Shown here piece by piece: positions 1 to 10,984 of a DNA stretch of 64,000 nucleotides. This DNA is from Azolla caroliniana. Taxonomy: Eukaryota; Plantae; Polypodiophyta. The stretch is from positions 1,736,001-1,800,000 of the forward strand of contig JBHGNT010000017.1 of NCBI GenBank assembly GCA_043228905.1. Direction: 5' to 3'. The notes under the pieces are model-generated. The model was not told where the DNA came from and ran no database searches. It saw only the letters and a list, made by a program, of their open reading frames with translations. Position numbers and translations under genes: made by a program. Every line of letters starts with the position of its first letter. Position 1 is the first letter of the stretch.

Positions 1-913
1 TTTGTGCGGTGAGGTGGGAACGAGATCCCACGTCTGGTTCTTGCGTAGTGCCTGCATCTCCTCGTTCATGGCTTCGATCCATTGCGGATCCTTGGTTGCT
101 TCGGAAAATGTTTCCGACTCGCGTACTGTCGCCACCTTCATCATAAAGGCATAGTGATATGCTATGTAGTCGTTGTAGCCGAATCGGCTGACCGGATTCT
201 TTTCACGGGTGGAGCAACGGAGCTTTTCATTTGCAGAGATGAGGGCTTTCTTAGCTCCGATTGGTACATCGAAGCCGCCGAACTCACTGTCGAGTGAGTG
301 AGTCCACTCATCGTCGTCGAAGTGATCGTCTACGTATTCCGCCATTTTCGCCTTGCCTTTGTCCATCTTCGGGCTAGGCCGTGATGTGCTTTGATCGCTC
401 AAAGGCTCTTGTGGTCCGTGTTGGATACAAGGTCGTCTATGCGGAAGATCAAGAAGCATTCGATTCTGTTCTGTACCTGCGTATGACAGTTTCTAGGTCG
501 TTGCACAGAGATAGAGAGAGAGAGAGACACACACACACAACGACTCTTTCTATTCCATAAAGCAATAATACAACCCAACCTTACAAAAAAGGTTACAAGG
601 TCACTATATATAGTGACAGACTTAGGGCATCTACCATTTATGCTAATTACACAAATGGCCCAAACTTGATCTATACAAAGGGATAGTGTGAATACGTCCA
701 TTATACACTTGTATTCGACACTCCCCCGTAATGGGCGTATACATGGGTTATCTAAGATTACAGGCATAAACCTAGGTTCTCGGACATATCAGTTTTGTTC
801 GAGTCGGCAGGGTCCGAAGGCAGAAGACCGAACTGGTCGGGTCGGAAGAGTTGAAGCCGATCATTAAGGAACTGATGTCGGTTGTCGGAAACCATCCTGC
901 GATGTGTCCGGCT

Positions 914-3900
914 CTAACCGGACTGGTTTGTCGTTACGCCCATCTGATGCCGAAGGGACCGAAAGCGGTCTGCCGAAAGACACTTGGTCATTCCATCTGC
1001 GACATTGTCGATTGTGGATATTTTCTCTAGACCGATTTTCCCTGAAATGACGCAGTCCCGAACGAAGTGATATCGAACGTCGATATGTTTGGAGGCGTTG
1101 TGGTGAACCGGATTTTTCGACAAGGCAACAGCACCTTGACTGTCGCTATAGACAACTGGGGCCGAGTCATGGTCGACTTGTCGAAACGTGTGCGCCAGCC
1201 GGCCGAGCCACAAAGCTTCTTTTGCAGCGTCGGACGCAGCTACATATTCTGCTTCGGTCGTTGAGGTCGTTGTGCACTCCTGAAGTTTCGACTTCCACGA
1301 AATTGCTCCATTGCCGAATTTGAAGCAGTATCCAGTTGTTGATTTCCGACTGTCTATACAGCCGGCGAAGTCCGAGTCGGTGTAACCGACTACGCCTGTA
1401 GTTGAGTTCGGACCGAAAAGAATGCCGTGGTCTTTTGTGCCAGCCAGATATTTGAACACATGCTTGACTGCGTTCCAATGCGATCGGCCAGGATTGTGCA
1501 TAAATCTGCTAACGACTCCTACGGCATGAGAAATATCAGGCTGTGTCGCGACCATCAGGTACATAAGGGAGCCGACTGCCGGTGCATACGGTACCGACTT
1601 CATATCTTCCCCCTCCGGACCGGATGTCGGGCAGTCTCGCTGAGAGAGCCGAAGATTCATGGGGAGCGGGGTTGAAGCAGATTTGGCTGATTGCATGTTG
1701 AAGCGTTCCAAGACACGTCCGATATAGTCGGTCTGAGACGAAAAAAGATGTCGTTGATCGCGATGCCGACTAATCTTCATGCCAAGTATGTGTCGTGCCG
1801 GACCGAGGTCCTTCATGGCAAACTTCAACCGCAGTTGCCGAATGATATCGGCAAGTTCGCCCGCGTGGCGTCCAGAAATTAGCATGTCGTCCACGTAAAT
1901 GATGAGGAAGATGGGTGATCCATCTTGAGCTGTGTTGGTAAAAAAACAATGGTCCTCATCGCTTTTTGAGAAGCCGATCGATTGGATGAAGTCGTCGAAC
2001 TTCTTGTACCATTGTCGCGGTGCCTGTTTGAGGCCGTATAGACTCTTCCTGAGTCGGCAAACTAGATGTTCTTGGCCAGTTGCCACGAAGCCTTTTGGCT
2101 TCTCCATATAAATTTCCTCTTCAAGATCACCATGGAGGAATGTTGTTTTGACATCTAGCTGAATCAGCTCCAAGTTGTCGGCTGCCACTACGCCGAGTAG
2201 AAAACAAAGGGTTGTCATTTTCACCACTGGTGAAAAAATCTCGTCGAAGTCGACGCCATATTCTTGTCGGAAGCCCTTCGCAACTAATCTGGCCTTGTAC
2301 TTTGGGGTGGTCGAATCAGACGTCTCTTTTAGTCGATAAACCCACTTGCAAGGAAGAGCACGTCGGTTCCTAGGTAATTCGACCAGATCCCAAGTCTTGT
2401 TTGCCCGAATGGAGTGCATTTCCGACTCCATCGCCAGATGCCAGGTGGCGGAATCGACAGATGTCGATGCTTCTTCGTAAGACGTCGGTTCGTCGGCGTC
2501 GGTGAAGAAAATTCCAGGAGAATACCTCTCCGGAGGTTGCGACAGTCTCTCGGATCGTAGAGGTATGATTGGACTGGTCGCATCGGGTATCGAGGTCGGA
2601 TGGTCCGAAAGCTGCTGTGCCGAGTCAGAGTTGTCCGAATCGGTAGTGTAAGGTTCAGCTACCCGTGAAGCTGACCGTGTGTTAAGAGCGGGGCCTTCTT
2701 GAAGGGTCGGCACATCGGAAAATGTTACCCTTCGGACTTCGATCGGTGTTTTGACTGATGGATTCATAGCCGACTCGTTGAACACAACGTCCGAACTTCG
2801 GACGATTTGTCTGCATTCGGGGTCCCAGAGTCGGTATCCCATTTCGCCGTCGGATCCATATCCAAGGAAAATGCATTTCCTGGACCGAGGTGCAAGTTTT
2901 CGGCGATCATCTTTCGGAATAAGGCCGTACGCCTCGCATCCGAAGATCCTCAGCTTGTCGTAATTCGGCTTACTGCCGATCCATAGTTCCTGAGGAATTT
3001 GAAGTCCTAGAGGTCTGCTTGGCGACATATTGATTATGTGTACTGCCGTGAGTAGAGCCTCTGCCCAGAAGCCATCTGACAGTCCGGAGTGTTGGAGCAT
3101 GGAAACTATCCGTTCTTGGATTGTCCGATTCATGTGTTCGGCAATCTCGTTTTGCTCCGGACTGTGTGGTGCCGTAAATTCACGTCGGATGCCGCGTTGT
3201 CGGCAGAATTTGACGAATTCTTCTGATTTGAACTCTCCCCCATTGTCGGTCCGAAAGCATTTCAGTTTTCGGTCGGTTTGATTTTCTACCATAGCGAGCC
3301 AATCGGAGAAGATCGAGAAGACACGATCTTTGGTGCGAATTGGATAAGCCCACACCTTTCGAGTCGAATCGTCAATAAAACTGACGAAGTAAGAGGCACC
3401 GCCGAGAGACTGATGCGGCATTGGGCCACAGACGTCCGAGTGGACCAAATCGAGAGGTCTCGTTTCTCTTGGTGCTGATGTCGGGTGTGATGCGGTTGCT
3501 TGTTTGCCATACTGGCAATGCTCGCAGAATTGATGGTCGGAGAAGGAGAGTTTAGGGATGTATCCGGCTCTAGATAGATGCGTAATGCCGGCCTTGCTGA
3601 GGTGTCCTAATCTTCTGTGCCATAGTGATGACACAGGAATATCCACCAAAAACAGGTTACCCTCTCTGAGCGTAACATGTAACGGATACAATGAGTGTAT
3701 CTTGGGTCCTCTAGCAAGCAGGAGGTTCCCCCTGTGGAGTGTCCACCCTCCCGAAGAAAAACCGGCACGAATGCCGTCTTCATCTAGTTGTCCGACTGAG
3801 ATCAATGGCCTTGAGAGCTCGGGTACATGTCGGACATTGTGAAGTACAAGTGTAGAGCCACCTGCAAGGTTGAGCTCTACTGTGCCGATTCCAATGATGT

Positions 3901-4096
3901 CACAGTGTTGCGAGTTACCGACTCGAACTGAGTCGGAGTGACGGATCGTATAGTGCCGAAATTGGGATCGATGAGGAGTCACGTGAAATGACGCGCCCGA
4001 ATCTAAGAGCCATGTGCTCGATTCTTCAGTCGTGAGCAGAACTTCTGATCCGACTGGATTTTCGATTGATAGTATATTCGGGTCGTTTGGTAGCAC
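914..4096 (-). CDS. Copia-B pol (protease, GAG-pre-integrase, integrase, RT, RNase H)
   Basis: Motifs WLLDSGAS, HRRLGH..CEHC, HSDVCGP, TDNGGEF, KARLVAKGF, YVDDML, YTDSDFAG and KHIDVRYHF in copia domain order. Confidence 0.95.
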   Translation of the reverse strand: MLPNDPNILSIENPVGSEVLLTTEESSTWLLDSGASFHVTPHRSQFRHYTIRHSDSVRVGNSQHCDIIGIGTVELNLAGGSTLVLHNVRHVPELSRPLISVGQLDEDGIRAGFSSGGWTLHRGNLLLARGPKIHSLYPLHVTLREGNLFLVDIPVSSLWHRRLGHLSKAGITHLSRAGYIPKLSFSDHQFCEHCQYGKQATASHPTSAPRETRPLDLVHSDVCGPMPHQSLGGASYFVSFIDDSTRKVWAYPIRTKDRVFSIFSDWLAMVENQTDRKLKCFRTDNGGEFKSEEFVKFCRQRGIRREFTAPHSPEQNEIAEHMNRTIQERIVSMLQHSGLSDGFWAEALLTAVHIINMSPSRPLGLQIPQELWIGSKPNYDKLRIFGCEAYGLIPKDDRRKLAPRSRKCIFLGYGSDGEMGYRLWDPECRQIVRSSDVVFNESAMNPSVKTPIEVRRVTFSDVPTLQEGPALNTRSASRVAEPYTTDSDNSDSAQQLSDHPTSIPDATSPIIPLRSERLSQPPERYSPGIFFTDADEPTSYEEASTSVDSATWHLAMESEMHSIRANKTWDLVELPRNRRALPCKWVYRLKETSDSTTPKYKARLVAKGFRQEYGVDFDEIFSPVVKMTTLCFLLGVVAADNLELIQLDVKTTFLHGDLEEEIYMEKPKGFVATGQEHLVCRLRKSLYGLKQAPRQWYKKFDDFIQSIGFSKSDEDHCFFTNTAQDGSPIFLIIYVDDMLISGRHAGELADIIRQLRLKFAMKDLGPARHILGMKISRHRDQRHLFSSQTDYIGRVLERFNMQSAKSASTPLPMNLRLSQRDCPTSGPEGEDMKSVPYAPAVGSLMYLMVATQPDISHAVGVVSRFMHNPGRSHWNAVKHVFKYLAGTKDHGILFGPNSTTGVVGYTDSDFAGCIDSRKSTTGYCFKFGNGAISWKSKLQECTTTSTTEAEYVAASDAAKEALWLGRLAHTFRQVDHDSAPVVYSDSQGAVALSKNPVHHNASKHIDVRYHFVRDCVISGKIGLEKISTIDNVADGMTKCLSADRFRSLRHQMGVTTNQSG

Positions 4097-4261
4097 ATCA
4101 GCTGAGAAGCGGACGTAATTGATCTCCTCATGCCGACCACTCTTCTTGTCTGATCTCTGAGACTTGTCGTTCTTGTTCTTGAGTGCGCGGCAGTCGGCTT
4201 TGATGTGTCCGGGTTTCTTGCAATAGTTGCAGATTCGATTATCCCGTGACTGGCTCCGTCT

Positions 4262-4939
4262 TCACTGATTGTTCGGCGGCCGTGAGGAATCTCTTCCTCG
4301 TATGTTCGATCGGTCTGTCGAACCTTGTACTACGTAAACGTCGTCTGTTGAGTCTTTGGCGAAAGACTTTCTCCGAGCTGCTTCGGTCAGGATTGCGCTC
4401 GTGACTTCGGAGTATTTAACAGCCGTGGTTGACGCGTTGCACACGGTTGTGACGAAAGTTTCCCATGATGAGGGAAGGCTGCTCATGAGTATCATTGCTC
4501 TGAGTTCATCCTCGATTGCCGTCCCCTGTGACGAGATTTGGGAGCTTATGCTTTCGTACTCATTGAGATGTGCTTGAACCGAATCGGATTCTTTCATCCG
4601 CAAGTTGTAGAGGCGCCGGATCAGAAACATCTTCGTTGCAGCGACCTTCTTTTCGTAGGTGTCCGACAGTGTTTTCCACAGTTCGAATGCTGTCGTACAC
4701 GATTGCACCGTAAAGTATACCGATTCCGATAGGTGCATCCGAATCGTGGCGCGGACGATTCTGTCCAGCTTTTGCCACTCAATTGGTTTGTATCCTTCTG
4801 GAGGTTCTTCATTTTCGATGGGATCGATTTGCCCCTTGACTATGAGATAGTCCTGCATTTGCTCCTTCCAGAAGTTGAAGTTCGATCCATCGAACTTTCG
4901 TAGACTCATTTCTGACGAGCCGGATGTTGATGCCATCAA
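4262..4939 (-). CDS. Copia-B gag, separated from pol by one in-frame TGA
   Basis: N-terminus KFDGSNFNFWK and a UBN2-like gag. The CCHC knuckle (CNYCKKPGHIKADC) lies just past the TGA, in the same frame as pol. Confidence 0.92.
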   Translation of the reverse strand: MMASTSGSSEMSLRKFDGSNFNFWKEQMQDYLIVKGQIDPIENEEPPEGYKPIEWQKLDRIVRATIRMHLSESVYFTVQSCTTAFELWKTLSDTYEKKVAATKMFLIRRLYNLRMKESDSVQAHLNEYESISSQISSQGTAIEDELRAMILMSSLPSSWETFVTTVCNASTTAVKYSEVTSAILTEAARRKSFAKDSTDDVYVVQGSTDRSNIRGRDSSRPPNNQ

Positions 4940-6106
4940 ATTTGGTTTCGGTTGACGAAGCTCGGTTCGGAGTTGACTACGAACCTTGTTGGAGTGCAGC
5001 CGGTTGGCTCACCCGATATCGTTCTAGTTGGATTTGAACCCGAGTGGGTTCGGCTTCGGATATATGTATTGTTGAACTTGCTCGAATTGACTCCGGTAAC
5101 TTGAGGGACAGAACCAACTGGTCTTCCCGAATGTTGCCGAGTCGGAGTGAGCCCGGTTCGCTTCCGAATATATATGCCAAATACCGATTATTGAATCCGA
5201 TTGTCTGGACCGATTCTGCTTCGGGTGACTGCAGCGACGAGAGAGACGGATCCAACTGATCCTCTCGAATGTCGATCAGCCGGATGAAGCACGAATTGGG
5301 GTTGTTGTCTTGAGACCGATCTGCACCGAGTGGTTACAATGAGCGGCGAGCAGCGTTTGATGACCTCTTCGGATGCCGTTTAACCGAGTGGAGCACGATC
5401 GTGTCAATGTTGCATAAGGGGATTTCACCTCGAGCGGTTACGATCACAAGAAACAGAGTACAACCGGCTGGCTTACTCCAAGCGAAGATGATCTAACGCG
5501 ATGAGATGCAAGCCTCGTTTTTTTTTTCTTCTTCTTCTTCTCTCTTCTTCGAATGACGCAGGAAACCGAATGTTGTGCAGGCTGAGACGACGTCCGACAG
5601 CGGATTGAAGGACCGAATACTGTGCAGGCTCTGATACCAGATGTTGGATACAAGGTCGTCTATGCGGAAGATCAAGAAGCATTCGATTCTGTTCTGTACC
5701 TGCGTATGACAGTTTCTAGGTCGTTGCACAGAGATAGAGAGAGAGAGAGAGACACACACACACACACAACGACTCTTTCTATTCCATAAAGCAATAATAC
5801 AACCCAACCTTACAAAAAAGGTTACAAGGTCACTATATATAGTGACAGACTTAGGGCATCTACCATTTATGCTAATTACACAAATGGCCCAAACTTGATC
5901 TATACAAAGGGATAGTGTGAATACGTCCATTATACACTTGTATTCGACAGTCCGCTCAATCCGGTCGTGATCGGACTTCCTTCGAACATGTGCGTAGGGC
6001 GATCTTCATCCTCTATCTCTTGTTCGGCGAATTCCGGGTCGAGCGGAGTCAGAGTCGGAGTTGTCTCTGGTGTGTACCAAGATGCGGACTCGTTGAAAAC
6101 GACGTC

Positions 6107-7162
6107 TCAACTTACTCGAGATTTTCGAGTTGAGGGGTTGTAGCACTTGTACCCGTTTTGCTCCAATGAGTATCCTACGAGGATACATTTCTCCGACTTC
6201 GGATCAAGCTTTTGACGCTTCTCGTTGGGGATGTGCACGTACGCTATCGCGCCGAATATCCGGATGTGCGATAAGTCCAACTTCTTTCCGAAGTATTTTT
6301 CGTGCGGAGTGACCTCGTGCACGCTGGATGTGCACCGGTTCATTAGGTAGACGACCGTATTTGCAACTTCGGCCCAATAAGACTTGGGCATATGCTTCTC
6401 GTTCATCATGGCCTGCGCTACTTCGAGGATGTGCCGATTTTTGCGCTCGGCTACTCCGTTTTGTTGCGGAGTGTGTCGGCAAGTGAATTCTCGCCGAATT
6501 CCTTCCTTTCGGAGATACGCCATGAAATCGTTCGAGAAGTGCTCCTTGCTGCCATTCGATCGAAGACAACGTACATGTCGGCCCATGACATTCTCGACTT
6601 CATTCTTGAATGTTTGGAAGTGTCCGAACACTTCGCTCTTCTGCCGCATCGGGTAGATCCAACTGTGCCTGGAGAAGCCGTCGATGAATAGCACGTAATA
6701 TCGGCATCCGCCGAATGTAGTCGTCCGCGTCGGTCCCCATACGTTGGAATGGACTACGTCAAGTAGACCTTTGCTCACATTCCGCTCTTTCGGGAATGGG
6801 TGTCGGTGTTGCTTGCCGAATTGGCACGCTTCGCATACACCTTCAATCTCCTTCTCTTTGAATGTCGGGAGTCCGATGACGAGTCCTTTCGATTTCATTG
6901 CTTTAAGTTTGTTGAGATTGATGTGGCCGATTCGCTTGTGCCACAACTCTATGTCGGAGTCGGCTTTTATGCCCTTTGTGAACATGGACGATTTCATCTC
7001 GTATGAGTGGAGAATGAACAGTCGGCCCTCTCTTCGTCCGCGTGCGATGAGTTGGCCCTCTTTTTCGATGAAGCAACCGCCTTGATTAAATCGAACTTGC
7101 ATCCCTTGCTCTACAATTTGGCCGACGGAGACCAAATTCTTCGTAATGGTCGATACATGCAA
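6107..7162 (-). pseudogene. Copia-A copy 1 integrase-region fragment
   Basis: WHKRIGH..CEAC and PQQNGVAERKNR are present. Catalytic motifs are degenerate (HSNVWGP, RSNGSKEH) and the ORF stops early. Confidence 0.88.
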
Positions 7163-7264
7163 GACATTTTTAATGTAATTTTTCTTACCTTCTTTTCCGA
7201 AGGGAACATTGCCGATGTGCCGAATCGGGTGCGTAGTGTCGTCTCCGGTTTCGACATAGCCGGG

Positions 7265-8472
7265 TCAGTCCGGCTCTCGAAGTTCTTGGAACCATTCTTG
7301 ATGCGATGTCATATGGTTCAAGGCACTGGAATCGACAAACCATACGTCTTCCGGACCAGAGGCACTAGTTGAGGTAGCGGCCGACATAGAGTTTGCTCTA
7401 TGTTTCATCATGAACATTCCGCCACGGTCGGAGTTGTGTGCATACATTCTGCTACGATCTTCGTAGTCGGAGTTGTGCCCGTACATTCCGCCACGGTCGG
7501 AGTTGTGTGCATACATTCCGCCATGATATTCGTCGTCGGAGTTGTGCCCGTACATTCCGCTATACTCTTCGTAGTCGGATTTGTGCGCGTAATTCGTAAG
7601 TTGTCGGCTTGTGGAAGCCGATTCACGCATATTCTTTTGGCACTCTTCTTCGTGGTGGCCGAGCTTTCCGCAATATCCGCATACGGTTGTGTTTTGACAG
7701 CTCGGACCGAAGTGGAAGCTCCCCCTTCTTGCAAAGGTTCCTCGTTGGCTTCCGTTTTGCGGCCGAAATTGGGAGTTGTTGTCGTAAGTCGGACCTCGTT
7801 CGCCTTGTCCATGGCCGAATCGGCCTCTCGCTTGTCCGCGTCCTCTTCCTCCATTTGAGTGCGTGTAGAGCATGTGGCCTTCCGACTCATTGCTCCTTGT
7901 ACGCACTTGGTTTTCTTCGACCAATAGCATTGATTGGAGCTCGAAGAAGGAGGGATATTTCTCCCGTGCTAGAACAGTGGTTCTCATCACGCCGAACCGT
8001 GGTGCGAGGCCGCCAAGGCATATTTGAACCATCTCATTATCATCGATATTTACGCTTATTGAGCCGAGCGAATCGCAAAGCTCCTTGATCTTCGAGGTGT
8101 ATGTCATGATGGACATGTCCCTTTGTTGAATATTGTTCAACTCTTGGCGGAGTTGAAGGCTTCTTGTGGTTGTGTTCACCGCGAAAATCTTTCGTAGATT
8201 TTCCCATGCCTCCTTCAGCGTCTTGGTTTCGCGATGTAGCTGAGCATGTGATTGTGAACACATGTCGCCAAGCAATACAGCACGCGGCTTGCAGCTTGCT
8301 CCCATGTCGCGTATCTGGGAGCCGCTTCGGCGGGTCGGTCTTCATGCACTCCTTTGATGTAGCTCCAATAGCCTTGTCCGACAAGGTATTGGTGCATCTT
8401 GTACTCCCAAGATGCGAAGTTGTTTCGATCCAACTTCTCGGTAGGGAGAGCACTCCCCATTTGAGTATTCAT
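7265..8472 (-). pseudogene. Copia-A copy 1 gag/protease (frameshifted)
   Basis: EKLDRNNFASW start, CCHC motif CGYCGKLGHHEEEC and WFVDSSA protease-like motif. Frameshift near 8235. Confidence 0.88.
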
Positions 8473-10984
8473 TATGTCGATTCTTCTTCTTCTTCTTCTC
8501 TCTTCGAATGCGAGCTATGTAGCGAAGCTACGATAGCGATGAGCCGATTCTTGGTTGTCGGCGTGGAGCACAACACACAATCACGATGAGGCGAATGGGC
8601 TAGATCGAGCTACCAAATCGCTCTGATACCATGTAAAGAATCGGATATGATTCTTGTGAAGCGGAAGAGATGTGAGTTATGTGTGTGTATGAGAGAGAGA
8701 GAGTGAGAGAGAGAGAGAGACAAGGAGTAAGACACAGAGAATACGCAAGGTAAAAGTATATTAACAAAGGAGAAAAACTTAACACAATACAAGGTGGGAG
8801 GAGGGTGCTTTATATAGTCACCCTCTCTCTTCATTAACTACAAGACTCATGGAGCATGGGGAATGTGAAAGCTCATAAGTTATGTGTCATAGAATATGAT
8901 TCTATGACTCATACTAAATGTTAGAATACAAAGAGGTGACATAATGGTGACTCTTGACCATTGGAGTGTCTATTCACTCTCAAGGTGAGTTCACACACTA
9001 GACCAAGTTGAGCTTGATTCTCAACACATAGTAATGATGGGTCTCTTTGGTTTTATTGAATTCTCATCTCCTCATTTAAGTTTGGAAGAGAGTATACCTC
9101 AAGAAACATCAATAAAAAGGGGGTGTTTCCCCATAACCTTATCATTTAAATAGTTTGACACCTTGTTTGGATACTACCTGCAATACCAACATTGAACCAA
9201 CCATTAATTTGTAGCAATGACAAGGGGGAGAACTTGTAAGTAAACCTTAGGGGGGAGACCTTATCATTACAAATGTAAATGATAGATAAATGGAAGTACT
9301 TAAATATAATCAACACTCGTCATCAATCAACTTCTCTCGCGCTTCAATGCGTTCTTCCTCTCTATCTAGCCTCCTTTCATTTCCATTTGGTAGTCAAGTC
9401 TGCAACATCAACCTTCCTTTTTTGGCATTGCAACAGCCTTTATCATTACACAATTGTCATTGTTCAAGTCATAAACCATGTCATATTGGGATTTTGTGAA
9501 GCGTCAAGTAATTAGGTTTGATGAAGCATAAACACAATGCCTCTAATTCAATTGTTTGGAGAAGAAGGCATACAATAATAAAATATAGGGCTATTCTAAT
9601 TAGGGCATGTCCATTGATAAACAAGTGAATGCTTCTTATCGAGTCCACAAACAAGTGGTGCCAAATTTGAAGTTTCTTTCTTACTATTTATGGAAAGAAG
9701 TGTCTACCTTGTCGGTTCGTCACTTTGAGGCTTAGGTAGAGTAATGCCCTCTCTATGGGGAGTCAAGCAAGACAGTGTCAATCACCACTGAGCTCGTTGA
9801 TGGGTAGACTAGTTCACTCGTAGAAAGTTGTCTCATCTCAAAATGGACTTGTAACACAAATTAAATTATAAGATGTCATTGGCACCAATACTTAACCTGG
9901 GTAGCATACACATTTAATTAATGACTCAATCCACACACACATGCATGAAATCATTCGAAATCAACTATTCTATCAATTTAACCACTTTGTGAAGCCAACC
10001 ACTCTCATGCATAAGAGGTTAACTGCAAAAAATTAAAATTTGAGCATTACAATATTAACAAGGTTAAAGGGGTATCGACACATGTTTAACCCAAATGTGG
10101 AATTTAAATGGGTTCACATGAAACCAATTCTCTCTACAATTTGTTTAGTACATCTCTCACCACAATTGGCATGATTCATTGATTGTCCCTCTAGTGGTCT
10201 TGCAACATAGATAATTTACTTATGATTCACTCCATTCTTGAGTTGGGAGGGAAAAATGTGATATGCCACATGTTGAAAAGAGGTCAAGGCACTCTAGTGT
10301 GGAGCTCAGTGGCAAATTCATGGAAGAAGGGTGACATGAACTTTGGAGTGTAAAAGCTTGCGGAAAGGTTGGTGGGTTGTATGGTACTATAATTATTGTT
10401 ATTGTCTGGTGTTCAAAGAGAGGAAATAAGGTCAATGTAGTAGTTAGAAAGAAAGAAATATATATATATAAACGTATTCTAAGACCAAAATTGGCCCATG
10501 AGACAATTGGTTTACAATAAAAATGGGGTATTTACCCATTCATCGAAAGCAAAAATTAAAATAAAATAAAGTAAAATAGTACTTAAGCTAAAGCGTTCAA
10601 GCAAAACAAAAACATGTTCTATAAGGAAATGACTTTATACTAGGCCTAGTTTCATTTCTATCCAAGTCTCTCGAAAAGAAGTGGGAGGTTAAAGGGTTTC
10701 GATGTGGAGGTGGTCTGTGGTCCCAATGTAGAAGATATTGCAACCATAATTGTTAGGCGGTGTAGCTCACGTTCCCTTATCTTCTTAATTGTTTCTACTC
10801 CACGTCAAGTTTCTTTGAAGCTCAACATCCGAGGACGTTTGGTTGTTTGTTGCATTTGTACTCCATCAAGAGAGAGGGTGACTGGCGTAACCTTTCCTCT
10901 CTAGGAACTCCATTACTATGATCATTCTCAATCTCAAGTTGGTGAGATGATATCCTAAGTTGTCCAATGGCCACCCTTAGTGCA

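Larger units (their letters stand above)
419..5949 (-). mobile_element. Full-length young Ty1/copia element 'Copia-B', nested in Copia-A
   Basis: LTRs at 419-720 and 5642-5949 are identical except for a (GA)n(CA)n tract. TSD GTCCG at 414-418 and 5950-5954, iMet PBS at 5628-5639, PPT at 721-729. The empty site GGTCCGCTC is present in copy 2 near 34625. Confidence 0.97.
1..9026 (-). mobile_element. Ty1/copia LTR retrotransposon 'Copia-A', copy 1 (3' part lies outside the window; interrupted by nested Copia-B)
   Basis: 5' LTR 8632-9026 (TG..CA), tRNA-iMet PBS at 8620-8631 (TGGTATCAGAGC on the minus strand), flanking CATAG at 9027-9031. Frameshifted gag at 7265-8472 and integrase ORF at 6107-7162. 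Colinear with copy 2 at 34215-37745. Confidence 0.93.

Noticed and set aside
600-617. Perfect palindrome GTCACTATATATAGTGAC
   Set aside because: It is most simply the LTR TATA region, with no evidence of a separate function.
399-767. ORFs 399-767 and 5493-5930 with near-identical translations
   Set aside because: They are chance frames across the two Copia-B LTRs.
4977-5255. Extra ORF in the Copia-B leader
   Set aside because: It is short, starts at a non-ATG codon and has no recognisable motif.
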